Shown here piece by piece: positions 36,151 to 50,531 of a stretch of 64,000 nt of DNA. The stretch spans positions 2,356,001-2,420,000 of the forward strand of contig CM007990.1 of the NCBI GenBank assembly GCA_002189035.1. The letters are read 5' to 3'. The notes under the pieces were generated by a model. It worked only from the letters and a program-made list of their open reading frames with translations, had not been told where the DNA came from and made no database searches. Position 1 is the first letter of the stretch. Each line of letters opens with the position of its first letter. The DNA is from Utricularia gibba. Lineage: Eukaryota; Plantae; Magnoliophyta. A program made the position numbers and the translations under genes.

Positions 36151-37299
36151 TTGCAATTTAGACCACAACTTGTTGCATGCATCTCACATATTAGTAATGT
36201 TCTTGAAACCTGTTCTGAAGCATGTCAAGAAAGATATCAAGATGTAATAATCCTTATTCCATATGATTTGCTTAGACTTAATGTGAGGATGGACTCAAAT
36301 TGCCGACTCAAGTTGTAGTTTGAGAAATTCATTTTATAAGTCCGATTTCTTCATTGCATACATCTATAAGTGCGATTATTCATTGCAGTTCTAGAAAACT
36401 CTTTTCTGATTATTTGATTATGATTCATCAACTAAAGCCTCTGCTAGGCCACTACGAAGTTATGTAGTATTGGATCATCAATATCCCTAAAAATAAACTA
36501 TGAAGTTATATAGTAATGCATACACCCATTGACTATTTTTTTTGACAACCAGAAAAATACATAAAAGAAGAAAAGAACATCTCGAATATCGAACCTAGGA
36601 CTTGGAGCCTTCTTCCTCGTCATTATTCGGATCTTCAGAAGTGTTGAAGATAAATAAAAAATTATATAATGAGAGTATTTTTAATATTTTACATTTATCT
36701 AAATCTAAAAACTTTCAAAAAAAAATGACAATTTGTCCTATCACAAAAAAACTCAATCATACATATCAAACATAAAAATGTATAATCTCTTATATTTAAT
36801 ATACATCAATCACAAATAATCTAAAATCCTCATTATCTAATCTCCAGTACCTAACATGCCTTTTATTTTATACGAGTTCAATGATTGAATTGAAGTTTAA
36901 AAAAATTTCAAATTGCAAAGATACAATGATGAAAACAATGGTGTTCGAAATGAAAACAAAAATTTGATTGAATTTAATAAAACAAAAATTTATGAAAGCA
37001 ATAATAATATAGATTGAATTTAAATTTCATTTTCACTATTCAGAAGTACAAATTTTTTCCCAAATATATATTATACATTTTGTATTCTATTTTTCCAACA
37101 ATCAAGTATTATTTCTAATCATTTTTCCCATACCTTTAAAAAGTTAGATTTGATTGATGCACATGGGTTTCACTTTGCAAATTTTTTTTTCTGTTATTCA
37201 TATCATATCATTCTAGTCGATGTTTAAAAATAGTTACCACCCCCATTGTGTTTTCATAACACACAGCTTCTTCTTTGTTATAAGGAAATTCTTTTTGAG

Positions 37300-39260
37300 G
37301 ATAATATACTCAACTATGGAAGTTATATTTCTTACAACAAACCCTCTTGAACAAATCATGCAGTTTCACATAGACACTAAACTGGACGATCTACAATTTG
37401 AGTTGTATGAGATAATAGAAGTTTCAACTCCCTAGATGATTTACTGTCATCCCAAATGGACCTACTCATTCTGCACAACTCTAGCCCCAAAATTATTCTG
37501 GAGGATTTATTTGTCATACTTGACACTCATCTGTTCACAATAAGTTCAAGTGGAGTTTGTATTTTGGGGCATTCATCCCAACCTTTTGATTATTATCAAA
37601 TACCGGATCTAAAAGATGTGGCTACTGAAAACAATTATAATGATTTTTTACAAGAAAATCTAGATGATTATGTCGAGTTTGACTTTGGTCTAGGCCCAAA
37701 TATCGATGTTGATTCAATGCAAAATTATAAAAATGAATACGAAGTGCGTAGTACAAGTGTTCCTCTTAAAGGAGATCATGAAACCTTGTATTTTGAGGTA
37801 GAAGAGGAAGAACTAGAAAAAGACTTAGAGGACATAGAATGCATACCGATGGCTGGTTTGTTGTTGGAGGGAGGGGGGGGGGGGGGAGGAGACCTTGCAG
37901 ATGAACCACTTCCACCACCCTACATTGATATTTTTTCATAGTGAACCAGAACAGATACCGATGGCTAGTTTTCTATTAAGGAAGATTTTTGTAGAGAAGC
38001 CTCAAATTTTCTACAAATTAGAAAAGAGTACATAGTAATTGATAGGTAACCAAGGATGCTAACAATAATAGCAAATGGAGAATTCATGCTGCTTACTAAA
38101 CTCAATGTGTAGATAGCTTCGTGTCGGTTTTTTATAACACAAATTTTAATGAGAATATATTGTGGCGATAGCGAAATCATTTGTGGAAGCAAATATAGGT
38201 ACAAATGTGGTGATGGTAATTACTACTATTCAAACTTATACTAGTTATAGAATTTCATATCATCGTACATGATATGGTTAGCATAAGGCTTTCGAGCTCA
38301 TTCATGGCATTTGGATGGTGCCCTTATAAACGTTTCTGAGTTTTTTGAATGAGATGGATATCAAAAATCCTGAGATAGTGATTGATCGGGAAAACAAAGG
38401 TGATGGCATCACTACACACTATTTGTTTTGGACATTTGGTTCATGTATCCATCAATACTAGTACTCAAGGTCCGATATGTTAGATGATACAACACACCTA
38501 TATGACACCTTTAGACACAACTAGCGGCAAACTTCTTCCACTGACGTGTTGTTGTTGATGAAGATATCTACCAGTTTTGGTAATGTTTTTTGGATAAATG
38601 AGGGGTTCACATCTCCTTCAATACCCACTTGCCTCATTTAAAATAGGCATGGGTTAATTAAAAAATGATGCAAAAAAGTTCTCGTGTTTGATGTCACTAT
38701 TGTTGTTACTTCTGCTCCAATTTCTTCGATCATTATAAGCTTGAGAATATGCCTGTTCATCAAAGAAAATTTGATGGAATACAAAGAGAAATTTAATGTT
38801 TATATGAAGAGAATCAGAGAGAAGAGCATGAGTGTGCTCACATATTTATCCCAAATGAAACCCGAAACTTGAGTAATATTGCACAATGGATGTTGAAGGT
38901 TCGGCACTATGATGATTAATCAAGTTGAGGGAATGAACGCAAAACTTCGTCTAAATCATTTATATGTATATTTTTTATTTGCATCTACTTAATATCACTA
39001 TGAATTTGCAGACCACTTTTAAAGGGTATAAGAAATGATCAAACAAATGCGTAAATTGTTTGATCATTGGGATAAGTCTATCCCACATGCATGGGTGAAG
39101 GTTTACGATCACATAGAAATGATCGTCCATGTGTAAAGCTGTAGGCATCAAACTAAGCTAACGAATGATAAAGTGTGTGTCTTACAGTTAAAAAAAAGGC
39201 AATTGTAGTTGCATGAAGTGGAAAAACTACGGAGTACAACGCTTGCATGCTTGTAATATT
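37300..39260 (+). pseudogene. MULE/MuDR transposase relic 1
   Basis: Acidic N-terminal ORF 37456-37941; 'LFWTFGSCI' (about 38423) and 'DDTTHLYD' (about 38483) match the MULE 'VFWSFGPCI...IDGTHLYG' pattern; SWIM start 'CSCMKW' at 39204-39221. Heavily disrupted. Confidence 0.65.
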
Positions 39261-39626
39261 TATGAATATATTTCAATAATGTAAGCTTGCAAATTGTTGA
39301 ATGGTTACCCAATAAATGTAGTCATGGTTTAATAGCCCATCTCTACATGTATTGCAATAAAAAAAAATAGCAGTTGGATTCAATAGTTATATTCAACGAC
39401 TATATGATTAGTTAATAAAAACTAGCTATAATATCTTATAACACTTAAATTCATTATTTTAATAAATATAATATCATAAATATTTTCTATAAATACCATA
39501 TATATTACATACATTCTAATTTCAATTTCACACATTGATTTTGTTTCTTTCATACATTCTCCTATTTTCTACACAAGTACTCATCCTCATTTTTACATCT
39601 ACATTCTCGTTCATTTTACAAGTTCA

Positions 39627-41200
39627 ATGGCTTCCTCATTCATAGATGTACATTTCTTTTGTCGTGACAATAATTTCAAGGATTGTACTATTCACATAAT
39701 ATTAGACAGAGCCCCGGACAAATATCTTCATCTAAAAAAAGAGGAATCAAGTTTGAAGAAATCTATCATCACTTATATGCTATAATAGGTACAAATCTAA
39801 ATCAATATTCCCTTAAAATTATTGCTCGATACATTGACGTCAAACTGGGTGCACCAAACTATATTTTCATTACCGATGATTACTCTTTATGTTTTTTGTT
39901 CCATCTTATCAACACAGCTCGCTATCGATATGTTCATTGCACTAGAAAATGCTCCTTTTAACACCACTGATGCATTTGAAAGAAGAGGTATATCTTATTT
40001 TTTTATCAAGGTGGAAATGTCAATTTGAATACACCGAACGAAGATCATGTATCTAATATATCAAGAATACAAATGAATCACAATGAATCATACGAATGAC
40101 AAGATGATATGATGCTCACTTATTTTCCTGATGTAAAAGTCATGTTGCAAGAAGAAAATGAAGGTAATAATTTTTGTTGTTAGATGGGAATTTCATGTTA
40201 AAGACTTGCAATGCACACTACAAGTTAATTTTTTAGGAGAATCATGACAATCGATCAAGATGTGCATGGAAACTAGAAGCATGCTTTCAAAAAAAAATAT
40301 GGAAAATTACATCAATACAAGAACCTTATATCTGTGATGCTCGTAACTCTTTGCCAATAGAACATATCTATTGAAGCAATTTCTTGCAAGGGAATTTTAA
40401 GAAGTCCTAAGAGATAGACTAAGTATTAAAGCTTCCAAGATTTAAGAAATGATACTTCAAAAGTTTAGGCTCAAGGTTTACTATTGGAAAGCATGGTCTA
40501 TCCTAATAAGAGGATACAAAATTGTCTATGGTATATGGGAGGAGTCAACAGCACAATTGTGATTTTAGGCTACATTTGAGAAAGCAAATGAATACTTTGA
40601 AGATTGTCCTGATACAGCTTGAAAATAGAAGGTTAATGATCTTATAGTCGATAATTTCAGTAGAGAGTCCATGACTGCTTCTTTTATGGAGATAGGTTCA
40701 ATACGGAGGACACTTTACATGGCTGATATTTCGCATATAAGGTGCACTTGTGGATTTTGGCAGAGTTTTACAACCATGCGCAACAAGTAATTTATCAAAA
40801 AAAATTCTTTAATAAATTATAAATTGTTTAGATCACTAATCTCATATTTCTACAGGCATGTCATAGTTTTCATATTCAACCTCAACAATTTATCGATAAG
40901 CTATATTCGATGAAAAAGTTGGTTGGTACATATAAGAGTGAATTGCAACCTCTTCAACATAAATCTCATTGGGATCCATCACCATTTATATTGAACCCAA
41001 ATCCTGCGAGACTACATGAACGATGTTGGGGGTGATAGACAACAACTCATAGACAAGGACCAATGGACTGGACAACTAGTAGTTCAAACACAAGAAGATC
41101 CTCTATGCATTCAAGTCGTGCAGAATACAAGGATCCATCTATTTATTTGACGCAACATTCCTTATATGATGCTTTTGCACCATTATTTAGAACAAGAGTG
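39627..41200 (+). pseudogene. MULE/MuDR transposase relic 2 (catalytic core largely deleted)
   Basis: N-terminal '...IKFEEIYHHLYAIIGTNLNQYSLKIIARY...IFITDD'; SWIM 'CTCGFWQ' at 40743-40763; C-terminal 'YKSELQPLQHKSHWDPSPFILNPNP'. Confidence 0.55.
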
Positions 41201-41409
41201 TCACAAAATTAAGTATACACAATTTAATAAACTTGAGTCAAGAGTTATTAATCATTATTCACAAAAGTTATTATGATGCTTTCATGAACTCTACTCAAGA
41301 ATCTTATTCAAAAAAGGTGCTCAAATAGTTCACAAAATGTTTGTCAACTTAGAATTTTTTATATTTTTTTGGATTCTAATTTATAAATTTATTTAGTTTA
41401 TAAATGTTA

Positions 41410-41760
41410 TTTGGATCGAGTTTCTTATTTTTTTAAAAAAAGTATATTACACTCGATATTTGTATTTTATTTGGATAGAGTGTATATTTTTAATTTTAAA
41501 ATTACATTACACTCAACTTGTAGGTGTTATGCATATCGAATGTATTTTTTTATTTTAAATATATATTACACATCATTTGATCATTTGAAATATTTTAAAT
41601 CGAATGTTTATTGGTTATATATTTCACTTATTATATTACATATCATTTGGTAGTTTGAATGATTTAGATCAAATGTTTGTTTATTTTTATTTTAATTTAT
41701 GTTATACGTATTTTAATGTTTAAAATTAATTAGATTGAGTGTTTATTTGTTATTTATTAT
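41410..41760. repeat. Degenerate AT-rich tandem array (about 60-75 bp units)
   Basis: Recurrent 'gatcgagt / gatagagt / atcgaatgt / gattgagtgt' followed by T-runs and 'tattacac'. Probably a subterminal array of an adjacent MULE. Confidence 0.45.
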
Positions 41761-42959
41761 GAAATTGTTTTTTATGTTGTCATTCAACTGTTAATTATAT
41801 TATTTATTTTGAACATTATTGTAATCATTATCTATTTGTATGGTTATGATTTATTGTTAATTAATCATCACCAACAAAACCTAATTATATATATATATAT
41901 ATAACGTAAAAATAGTTATTAATTATTTTGAATATATGAAATATGTTTTATTATTTTATTATTTTTCTTAACTTAATTAAAGGTATTCAACAAACAAAAA
42001 AAGCAAGAGGTATTCATCTAATTTTACAAAAACGTGGAGTATTCAGCCAATAACTTTTTTGTAGATGAGTATTTTTGGTATATATGTTGTCTAATTTTAT
42101 AGATTTTACATATGAACTTTTTCAAAATTTTTATTTTAAAACTAAAGTTTTGAAAAATCGTATGTCTTCAATACCAATGATTTTTGGAAAAAAAATTTCA
42201 TGCGTATGTTCGTAAATTATTTTTTGAATAAAAATACACATTTTGACAATTACATTACGAGAACAAACGTTTACTAATGAGCTTTTATTTCAGTATACAT
42301 ATTGAGGAATGCAATGTAATTAGGGTTACAACTATTGTTAGCTACCAAAAAGAAATCTTCCGATTCTTGTTAGCCATCACGATCCACCGTGATTGTTGAC
42401 CCATTGCCCTCTTGACCCACCACAATCATCCTCGTGATGTGGCCCGTCGCCCAACCACGACTCTGAGTTGGTGTTCTTAGATTCTGGGTTTTATTGTTGA
42501 TGGTTTTAGATTCATTTCTTATGTCCTTCTTTGAATCGTAAGTTTATTGGACAAATCTAGAATCATATCGGTTTAATTTATTGTAGCTTTTCAATTGATT
42601 TGGTTCCATAGGTTCTAACTATGAGTGATTTGGATACTATGGAATCATACAATTTATTTGGAGGAGGAATTTCAATATGAATCCAGTAGGTTGCAACCTC
42701 TATGCTCGTTCGATGTTAAACCAGTATCTAAAATTGAGTGAAAGGAAGAATGGATACTTTAAGCGCATGAGTCTGCCACTCAAGACATTGAGCTATATGA
42801 TCATTAGGATGAAGAGATTGTATATTGTAACTCGAAACAAGAATGGAAAGGATTAAATCTTAGGTAAGCCCTAAGCTATTTTGTTATATTAATAATAGTT
42901 AAGGATTAATCTCTAATTATTTCTTTGAATATCAATAATTCTTTCTATCTGATTTCTAG

Positions 42960-45300
42960 ATATAAGTGTTATGTGCTATGTTTATAATTCTTCTGAGTTT
43001 ACTTATAATGCATGTGAGTGGTTCCTACGTGTCTTTATTTGCGATTTCTATTTATTATTCATAAAAGTCTATTTCTTACTATATAGGGAAGGAATATTAT
43101 TTGGTAGCGAAATAGCAGCATGGGATGCCATCGCTGCTTATTGTATTCAGGAACGGATTCAATGAAAATTTAAGAGGAATGACCATAGATACATCTGTGT
43201 TGTGTGTGAAGATGGTTGTGACGAAAGATGTAGTTGGGTTGTAGCCATCTCGGGTCCCCGTCCAGATGGAGATTAGTAATTGTCTAAGTATCATAGTGAG
43301 CATTGTAGTTCATGTGACGAAAAGTTGACTGAAAATAAGTCTTTAAAACTCAAACATCTAGTGAGACTCTTTGAGGATAAATTATTAGGTGAGCCAGACA
43401 TTACCACTCGGGATTTTAGGCACCACATCAATTTAACAACATCTATGTGGGTGGATCCTATGCAAGCACATGTGGCTCGGAAGAAGGTATTAGGAGATAG
43501 TGATGGGAAGCTAGCAACGGAGTACTCAATGATTGGTCGGTATTGTGCACAATTAGTTCTATCTTATCCTTGAACTACTATTAACTTAGTCCTCTCACCT
43601 CCTGACATCAACAATACTTATCGACGATTTGAAAAACTCTACATTTGTTTGGATGCCTGTAAAATGGGCTGGAGGCATTGTTGACCATTTGTTGGTGTTG
43701 ATGGTTGTCATCTCAAAGGTAAATGGGGTGGCTAGATTTTGAGTGCATGCACATTTGATGTTGATCAACACATTTTACCACTAGCATACACAGTTGTGGA
43801 TACTGAGAGCGAGAACACATGAACGTGGTTCTTAAGTCTTCTTAAGGTTAATTTGGGTATTACAGAGGATAACATGCATGAGTTCACGTTCAGGGCGGAT
43901 AGGGGCTTGAGACTAAAGCATGCCATGCATATTGTACTACCTTCAGTACATGTAAGACTTTATTTTCTATGTATGGTTAATTGAACATATGTAGTATTTA
44001 ATTGATTTAAAGTGTATGGTGATTTATGTAGTTGTGGTATTGCGTTAGACATCTACAAGAGAATGTAGGAGCACGTTCAAATGCTGTCAAGACTCAAGTT
44101 TGGAAGTATGCAACCGCATCCACGCCAACTATATGGAGAATGGAAATGAATGCCCTTAGCCAATTGAACACCAATGCAGATAGTAGACTGGGTAAAATAA
44201 ACTCAACTAGGTGGATGCATGACTACCTCACTGAGGATGCCAAATGTGGAGCTTTAACAAACAACATTTTGGAGTCTTGGAATGCCTCCTTACTTGATGC
44301 ATGGTGATTATCAATACTACGGATGCTTGAAGAGATCAGATTGACCATCGCCAATCGATTTAACAAGCAACATGCAAAGGCATTCAAGTGGAAATATAGA
44401 TACTCTCCATCATCCATGCAAATTGTAGAGAACAACTCCATACAAGAGGCTGGTGTGGAGATCAGATGTACGGATTAATGGCACTGGAAATGGGTCAAGG
44501 GATTGCATCGTTACCATGTTAACCTTCAGGACTCCACATGTTCTCGTCGGATGTGGCAACTAACTGGTAAGAACTTGTGTTAGTCACAAATTATATTTGC
44601 TTTCTTACTTGATAAACTGCAGGTATACTATGAAAAAACGCTGTGTGAGCTATACAAACCAAGTGTGATAATCCAAGGGATCACATACAAGATTGGTATA
44701 ATGATATGCATTTTAAAGAAATATAAGCTCGCTCCATTCATGGTAATGACCATGAAAAATTTTTTTGTTGTTAATTTTTTGCTTCACTTTATTAACTTTT
44801 GCTTGATAGGTATGCCAGATAGTAGGGAATGGACAATGTTAAACAAGAGTAACATACTACCTCCGATGTTCCATATGACACCTCATGAAAGACCTAAGAA
44901 GCATAAAAAAGACCACCTTACAAAAACAATCGCCTCATAAGAAATAGAAGAAAGTTGGAACAAGACAATTACAATTTTTTCGTGCATGTGAATACACGAG
45001 GTAGAACACACGGACATGTGAGTTGAACTCCAAAAAAAAAAGGTAGTCTACTATATTGGATCATAGGGTTGTTCCATATGGTGTGATATTATTTTTTTTC
45101 AAAGTATATTGTTTCTTCATTATAGGAAGAGGAAGGTTGTAGAAAAAAATGAAGGAAATGACAAAGAAACACAAAAACTATCCAAGGGAACAGAGTCAAA
45201 GGTCACTTTTGATCAACCCAAAAATCTGGCTACATCAAAGGGAAATACAAACGTGCTAAATAAAGACAAAAAGGTATGATTTTTTAATAGTTTTTTCATC
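42960..45300 (+). pseudogene. MULE/MuDR transposase relic 3 (best preserved)
   Basis: 'LYICLDACKMGW...FVGVDGCHLKGKWGG*IL...LPLAY.VV..E.EN..TWFL', 'YCVRHL', 'LTNNILESWN', SWIM 'VNLQDSTCSRRMWQLTG' (about 44520-44570). Stops and frameshifts present. TIRs not identified. Confidence 0.88.
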
Positions 45301-46169
45301 CTTGAGTTTATGTGTTTAGTTTGTCCAAAATCAAGATGCACAAGTGAAACAAGAGAAGACTTCGAGCACGGAGAGTTCTCACCCCCACGATGGCGGGACA
45401 GTGGTTTGTCAACGTCCAAAATGTCATTCTTTCATCTAAAAATTCCACTAAAAAACCAAAACAGAGGATGAAGGATTGCGAGGAGAAGAAGTGTCTTCTT
45501 GGCTTTTTTATGTATGGAATCCGTAGTGACTTGATTTTATAGAAGTGTTATGTCATATTAGATGTGAGATTCCAAAAGAGCAACTGGAAATTTTTTTATT
45601 TCATTGACCCTCTATATTTCAATGAGTGGATTGGTACTGAGGATAGAGTTCGTAGAATATTTCACCATCGACCAGCCTTCCTCACTTGCCCCTACATGGT
45701 GTGGCCTATTGTTTATCGGTAAGATGCACTTTGCTTCATGTTTGAACATTACATACAATGTGTTTAACTTGCTATGTTCTACAATTAGAAGTCATTGGAT
45801 GGTGACAATATGCTATAACTTTGAAGATGCTCACAATAGAATGATCATTGTTTTAAATTCTTTGGCTGCAAGAGATGCACTATGTCTAGCGGAAGAAGAT
45901 TTGTATAGGTACTAGAAATTATTATACTACATCAATCAATAAATTAGCTAAGAATAATTCACTACTTTACTTTTGTAGGTGTCTTAAATACATTCTAGGG
46001 TACGCAACGCCTTCTTTCGATGTTATTTAAGTTATGTATTGAAAATATTTTAGCACCTCTTCTCTTAACACTTAGGTTTGATGAATTAAGTCTAAACTTA
46101 AGTACTCTCTCAAGTGACACGAAAGCCAGATCCTAGTGTCGATTCTAACCAAATCACTTTCCTTTTATG

Positions 46170-49100
46170 TAGAGATGGGCATGATTACGGTTCAAACCAT
46201 TGATCCAGCGAGTTGACTCGTAGTGAGTCGACTCGCAACTCATACTCGGTGGAAATGAGTATAAATCAACTCCACGTTCATCGGTACAAGTCAACTCACC
46301 GAGCCAACTAGATTTTTTTATAATAAAATATAATTTGCGTCAAGCCAAGCCACAAAAGACAATATTGTGACTTTGATCAGATTGAGGATTTGAAAGAGTT
46401 TCATTTCTATCATTTTCTACCTAGGGTGTCGGACACGGTAGAATTTGGAAAAATTAAGTGTCCGACACGTCCTACATAGCTAGTACGTGAATTGGACATA
46501 CAAAAACTCATAAATTAATATAATTAATATTTTAATATATTAATTAAATTTAGTACATTAATATTAAAATATATAATTTATTAATTTTATCTTTTATTAT
46601 ATATCTAAAAACATTTTAATTAATAATAATTTACTTTGCCCTACCTCTTTATTATTCCAATCTACCCGACGGCTCACCTTTGAAATTCAAGAGATTATTT
46701 TTCTCACTTTGAGATTAATTTGCAGCCTATACTTTTGCAACTCAAGACAAGACGACGAGTTTACTACGACAAAGACTTAAGACAGTAAGTTTTTACAATC
46801 TTGTTGATTGGTAGAATGATACTTTGATTATATATTCATAATGATTATTTGTATCGACTTGACTAATGTTTATTTTAGATTCATGATACTTGAAATTCGA
46901 AAATGGAAAACACAAGTGAAAGCATTGCAAATGAAGATTTATGGCCATTATGGAATTATGTTTCAAAAGTTAGAAGGGTTGGAGAAACGATGACAATGTT
47001 GAATTTATATGTTCATATTGTGACTCGACTTATAAGGGATCATATTCTAGAGTGAAGGGACATTTGTTAGGATTAACCAGAAAAGGGATACAGGCTTGTA
47101 AAACTATAACAAGATCAGAGCATGCTAGGTTGCTTAATTTGAAAAAGGAAGCAGAGGAGAGAAAACTAAGAAATAAAGGAAAAGTTATCAGTTCATTGCA
47201 ATCAAAATGTGATAGCTCCTCTATGCATAAGGACTCCGTAGAAAAATTTGCTGGAAAAAGGAAAAAAAGTGATGGCCAACAAACACTAGACACCATTTAC
47301 AATGAAAGGGCTCGAAAAGGATTAGATCAAGAGATTAGATCAGTACACTAGACACGTCCTATGCTTTATAATCATTTACATTAAATATTTATGTATTATT
47401 TATGCAGGTTTTTTGGACTCCATGTGTTGTTCACACATTAAATTTAGTATTGAAAGATATATTTTCTCAAAAGAATAATGCCTTTGAAGAAATGATCTTG
47501 ATTAATGATGCTTTGAGAAGTGTAGTGACTATCAGAAGTTTTATTTTAAACCATTCTATGAGATTATCAATGTTTAGGAAGTACTCTTCTTTAGCACTAC
47601 TGAAAATCATAGATACTCGTTTTGCATCTCATTGTATTATGCTAGAAAGGTTCAAAAAATTGAAGATGGAGTTGACTAATTTGGTGGCTTGTTCTGAGTG
47701 ATCTTCTAATCAATCAGATAATGCTCAAATGGCTGCTATTATTAAAGCAAAAGTATTGAATGATGAGCTATGGGATTTGATGGATTTTATTTTGGCTTTC
47801 ACTGGACCTATATATTGTATGATTAGGAAGTGTGATATTGATCGACCTTCCTTACATTTGATTTATGATATCTGGAATACTTTGGTATTGAATGTGAAAT
47901 TGCTATTCATACATACAAGAAAATTCCATAACATGTGAAATGTTACTTTTGGAGTGTTTTGCATGGGATTCTATTAGCAAGAAGACAACAAAACTTGACT
48001 ACTTTGCATGCCATTGCTCATACTTTGAATCCAAGGTATGCACATTTTATTTTTATATATGTAGTTTGATTTAAATTACTTTTTTTATGTTAATATGTTT
48101 GTATAGGTGTACAACATTACAATGGCTTTGAGAACATCCAAATCAACTTCCACTTGATGTTGATGGTGAACTTCTATATTTGAGAAATCAATGGGTAGAA
48201 TTTTGTTTTCATGATGAAAATGATCGAACAATTGTGATGACAGAAATTTCAAGATATATAGGAATGTTGGGTGCATTTGAAGATCAAACAATATGCTTTG
48301 CAGATCTAAAATGGAGCCATTGGAATGGTGGATAGCTTATGGGGCAACAACACCTCATCTTCAAATCTTTGCTAAAAAGCTTCCTGAACAGGTCTCTTCA
48401 TCTTCAAGTTGTGAAAGAAATTGGAGTACATATGGTTTTATACATTCTCCAAAGCGAGGTTCTTTAGCTCTTGAATGTGCAAAAAAATTAGTATATGTGC
48501 ATACTAATCTTCGTGTGCTTTCAATAACTTCTCCTGAGTACAGTGAAGGTGAGACAAAATATTGAGATGTTGATCACGAGGTGGTTAAATCTCTTGAAGA
48601 TGAAGCTGATGCTAATGGTGAGGCAGCCAATATTAATTTGGATGAGATTGATTGAGATTTAGAAATAATTGCACTTGATGATATGTCGCAATCTGAATTT
48701 GATGATGTTAATTAGTTATACTAAGTTAATTCAATATTTTTTTTAAGTTAACTTATCATATATGCTAATATTAGAAAAAATTACTTGATTATAAAAACTA
48801 ACCTTTGATTTTATTTTCTACAAACTCTTTGTATCTTATTATATGTCATTTTTACTTTAATATGCTTATTGCCTAATATTTACTAATTGCTATTTTTTAT
48901 TTTCAATGATATAATTAAAAAATTGATTATATAATAATAATAATAATAATATTTAACGTATCTTAAAATAGGATACTTTATAATTCAACGTATTCTATAT
49001 CCCGTATCCACGTACTAACGTATCTACATGTAACGTACTCAACACCCTAGTTTTCTACATTTTTTAAATGGGATTTTCAAGTCAATTTCCTTTGGTATTT

Positions 49101-49851
49101 CGCTGGTTTTAACCACTTATTACATTTTATCTCAATTCTTTTGTGTTTCTATTTTTGTATAATCTTTGCACATTGTTGAATTGTCAAACCCTTTTATCCC
49201 ACGTTTGTACGATGAAAGCATTGACGTCAATGCCATGTAAATGGAGGATGAATGTGCTAGAGATGCTGGAGGAGCTACTTCAACCTCCAACAATTGCAAT
49301 TCATCTTTATTAGACTCGCATGAACATTTCGTGCATGACATGAAGAAAAATAAGGTAATTTCAAAATATTATTCAATTTTGTATATCTATGATGAATTAG
49401 TTCTACTATCAATGTTTTATGTGATATTAAGAATAAACACCATGATCGAGTTAATTTAAAACTTAGACAGTCAAAAATGCATATTATCAGTAACAATATT
49501 AGTTCCAAATTTACATTTGATTCAAATAGTAATCAAGTTGATTATGTGTTTGCTTTACTTTCTAGTGAAAAATCTTTTTCACAAGTTGATTACATTTGAT
49601 TAATTGATTCTACTTGTATTGTTTCATAACGCGTATACGATTCGAGTCAAGGGTTTACCCATGGTGGGTTTGACTCGATGAGTCAAGTGGCTCACATTTG
49701 ACTCATCTAAGTGAACTTGAACTCGTTTTATGCTTTTATGTTTTCTTAGCACTTCCAACACTTTCTATACTCTTTGACCTTGTAACTCGTGAACTCTATT
49801 TACTGTTATTTTGTTTCATATGCACATAGAATCTAAATTTTGACAACCCTA
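46170..49851. mobile_element. Older hAT-like element apparently hosting the 46421-49050 insertion
   Basis: GACTC/GAGTC-rich subterminal repeats at 46210-46310 and 49640-49730. TAGAGATGG-like and TAGGGTTGTC-like ends, with only weak TIR and TSD similarity. Confidence 0.35.
46421..49050 (+). mobile_element. Internally deleted hAT (Tag1-like) DNA transposon, 2630 bp
   Basis: TIRs CTAGGGTGTCGGACACG and the reverse complement CTAGGGTGTTGAGTACG match at 13/17, first 9 exact. Exact 8-bp TSD TTTTCTAC (46413-46420, 49051-49058). BED finger 'CSYCDSTYKGSYSRVKGHLL...C', 'WTPCVVHTLNL', 'DTRFAS', and hATC 'PLEWW..YG...P.LQ..A.K...Q..SSS.CERNWS'. ACGT-rich subterminal repeats. Confidence 0.92.
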
Positions 49852-50531
49852 TTTTTAGAAAATGTAAAGAGCTTCGAACAATGACAACCATTCCATGATT
49901 TGTGTAAAAGAATAGATTTATAAATTTTCTTTGATGCATTGGAATTGCTAAACTACAACATTTTGCAGGTTTTTAACATTCATCAAGGCCATTCACTATG
50001 AATCATGATCTGACACATAAGAGAGGTATTAGCAAAGGCTGGTGTGGTAGTAAACAATTCCAAATATCGATGAATAGGGGGGTCATCAGAGAGGTGCTTG
50101 AGTCAAATCAACCAAACATACCAATCAATCCCATCTTTGTAAAGCGTTTAGTAGATGAGAAGTGTGGATGAGGCACTTGAGCTCGAGGTAAGTTCACTAA
50201 AGATACCATGTCAACCTCATTCGAATCACCCCCACCTATACCACTACGAATGCATAAAGCATCGATTGGCATTCCAAGAGAGGAACTATATAACCATTTC
50301 CTTAATTTACTATGTGTCTTTGTTCAAGAACACCCATCCAATCTTAGTTTGGATTTCGAAGAGATACATTGCACTTCCAATCAAGGCTACAAAAAGAAGA
50401 AGAATATAACATGAAGAGCATGAGATTGAATTAGTAATCTGATAACACATATTTTTGAATGTTTTAAGGTAGTAAAATGATTAATATTTTATTATAAAAC
50501 TCGAATTATATTGTGTGTTTCTGTATTTTTG

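Noticed and set aside
37456-37941. 161-aa acidic ORF as a stand-alone gene
   Set aside because: It lies directly upstream of, and on the same strand as, MULE transposase motifs; better explained as the relic's N-terminal region.
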